Below, in pieces: positions 6,070 to 6,202 of a stretch of 6,202 bases of DNA (position 1 is its first letter; every line of letters begins with the position of its first letter). The notes under the pieces are model-generated. The model had not been told where the DNA came from. It saw only the letters and a list, made by a program, of their open reading frames with translations, and made no database searches. The stretch is taken from positions 1 through 6,202 of the IMG/VR virus record IMGVR_UViG_3300045988_052777, one strand, 5' to 3'. The stretch is from a virus. The position numbers and the translations under genes were made by a program.

Positions 6070-6202
6070 ATGGGATTTATTAAGAATGCATTAGGAATGA
6101 TTGGAGATGCCGCCACGGGAGGACTAGCAAGCGGAGTAGGAAGTTTTGTAAATGGACTATTCGGAGGCGGAGGAGGAATAAATTATCACGACCAAAAAAA
6201 AC
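6070..6202 (+). CDS. VP2 pilot protein N-terminal portion (MGFIKNALGMIGDAATGGLASGVGSFVNGLFGGGGGINYHDQKK...). It continues into 1-1082 through the circular junction.
   Basis: ATG at 6070. Its frame runs into the terminal repeat and is continuous with the ORF ending at 1082. Confidence 0.75.
   Translation, partial: MGFIKNALGMIGDAATGGLASGVGSFVNGLFGGGGGINYHDQKK
6104..6202. repeat. Terminal redundancy (copy 2), identical to 1-99.
   Basis: Base-for-base identity with the window start. Confidence 0.9.

Overview
The window is one complete circular ssDNA Microviridae genome of about 6,103 nt (gokushovirus/Alpavirinae-like), linearised with a 99-nt terminal redundancy: 1-99 is identical to 6104-6202. 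All credible genes lie on the + strand, which is A/purine-rich and T-poor. The gene order is: pilot protein VP2 (wraps the junction, 6070 -> 1082), rolling-circle replication initiator VP4 (1088-2092), a non-coding island at 2093-2437 that is GC- and pyrimidine-rich and hairpin-dense, five tightly packed small ORFs (2438-3495), major capsid protein VP1 (3504-5510), a 112-aa ORF (5522-5860), and a structured intergenic region (5861-6069). One of the small ORFs is a candidate membrane/lipoprotein lysis factor. No start codon has a Shine-Dalgarno sequence, and the island carries a Bacteroidetes-type promoter match (TTTG ... TAnnTTTG). Together these point to a Bacteroidetes host. The points most worth follow-up are the small-ORF accessory module (the TM/lipoprotein lysis candidate and an acidic 70-aa protein), the compositionally foreign hairpin-rich island after the rep gene (candidate complementary-strand origin), and an 11-bp tandem repeat beside the promoter.
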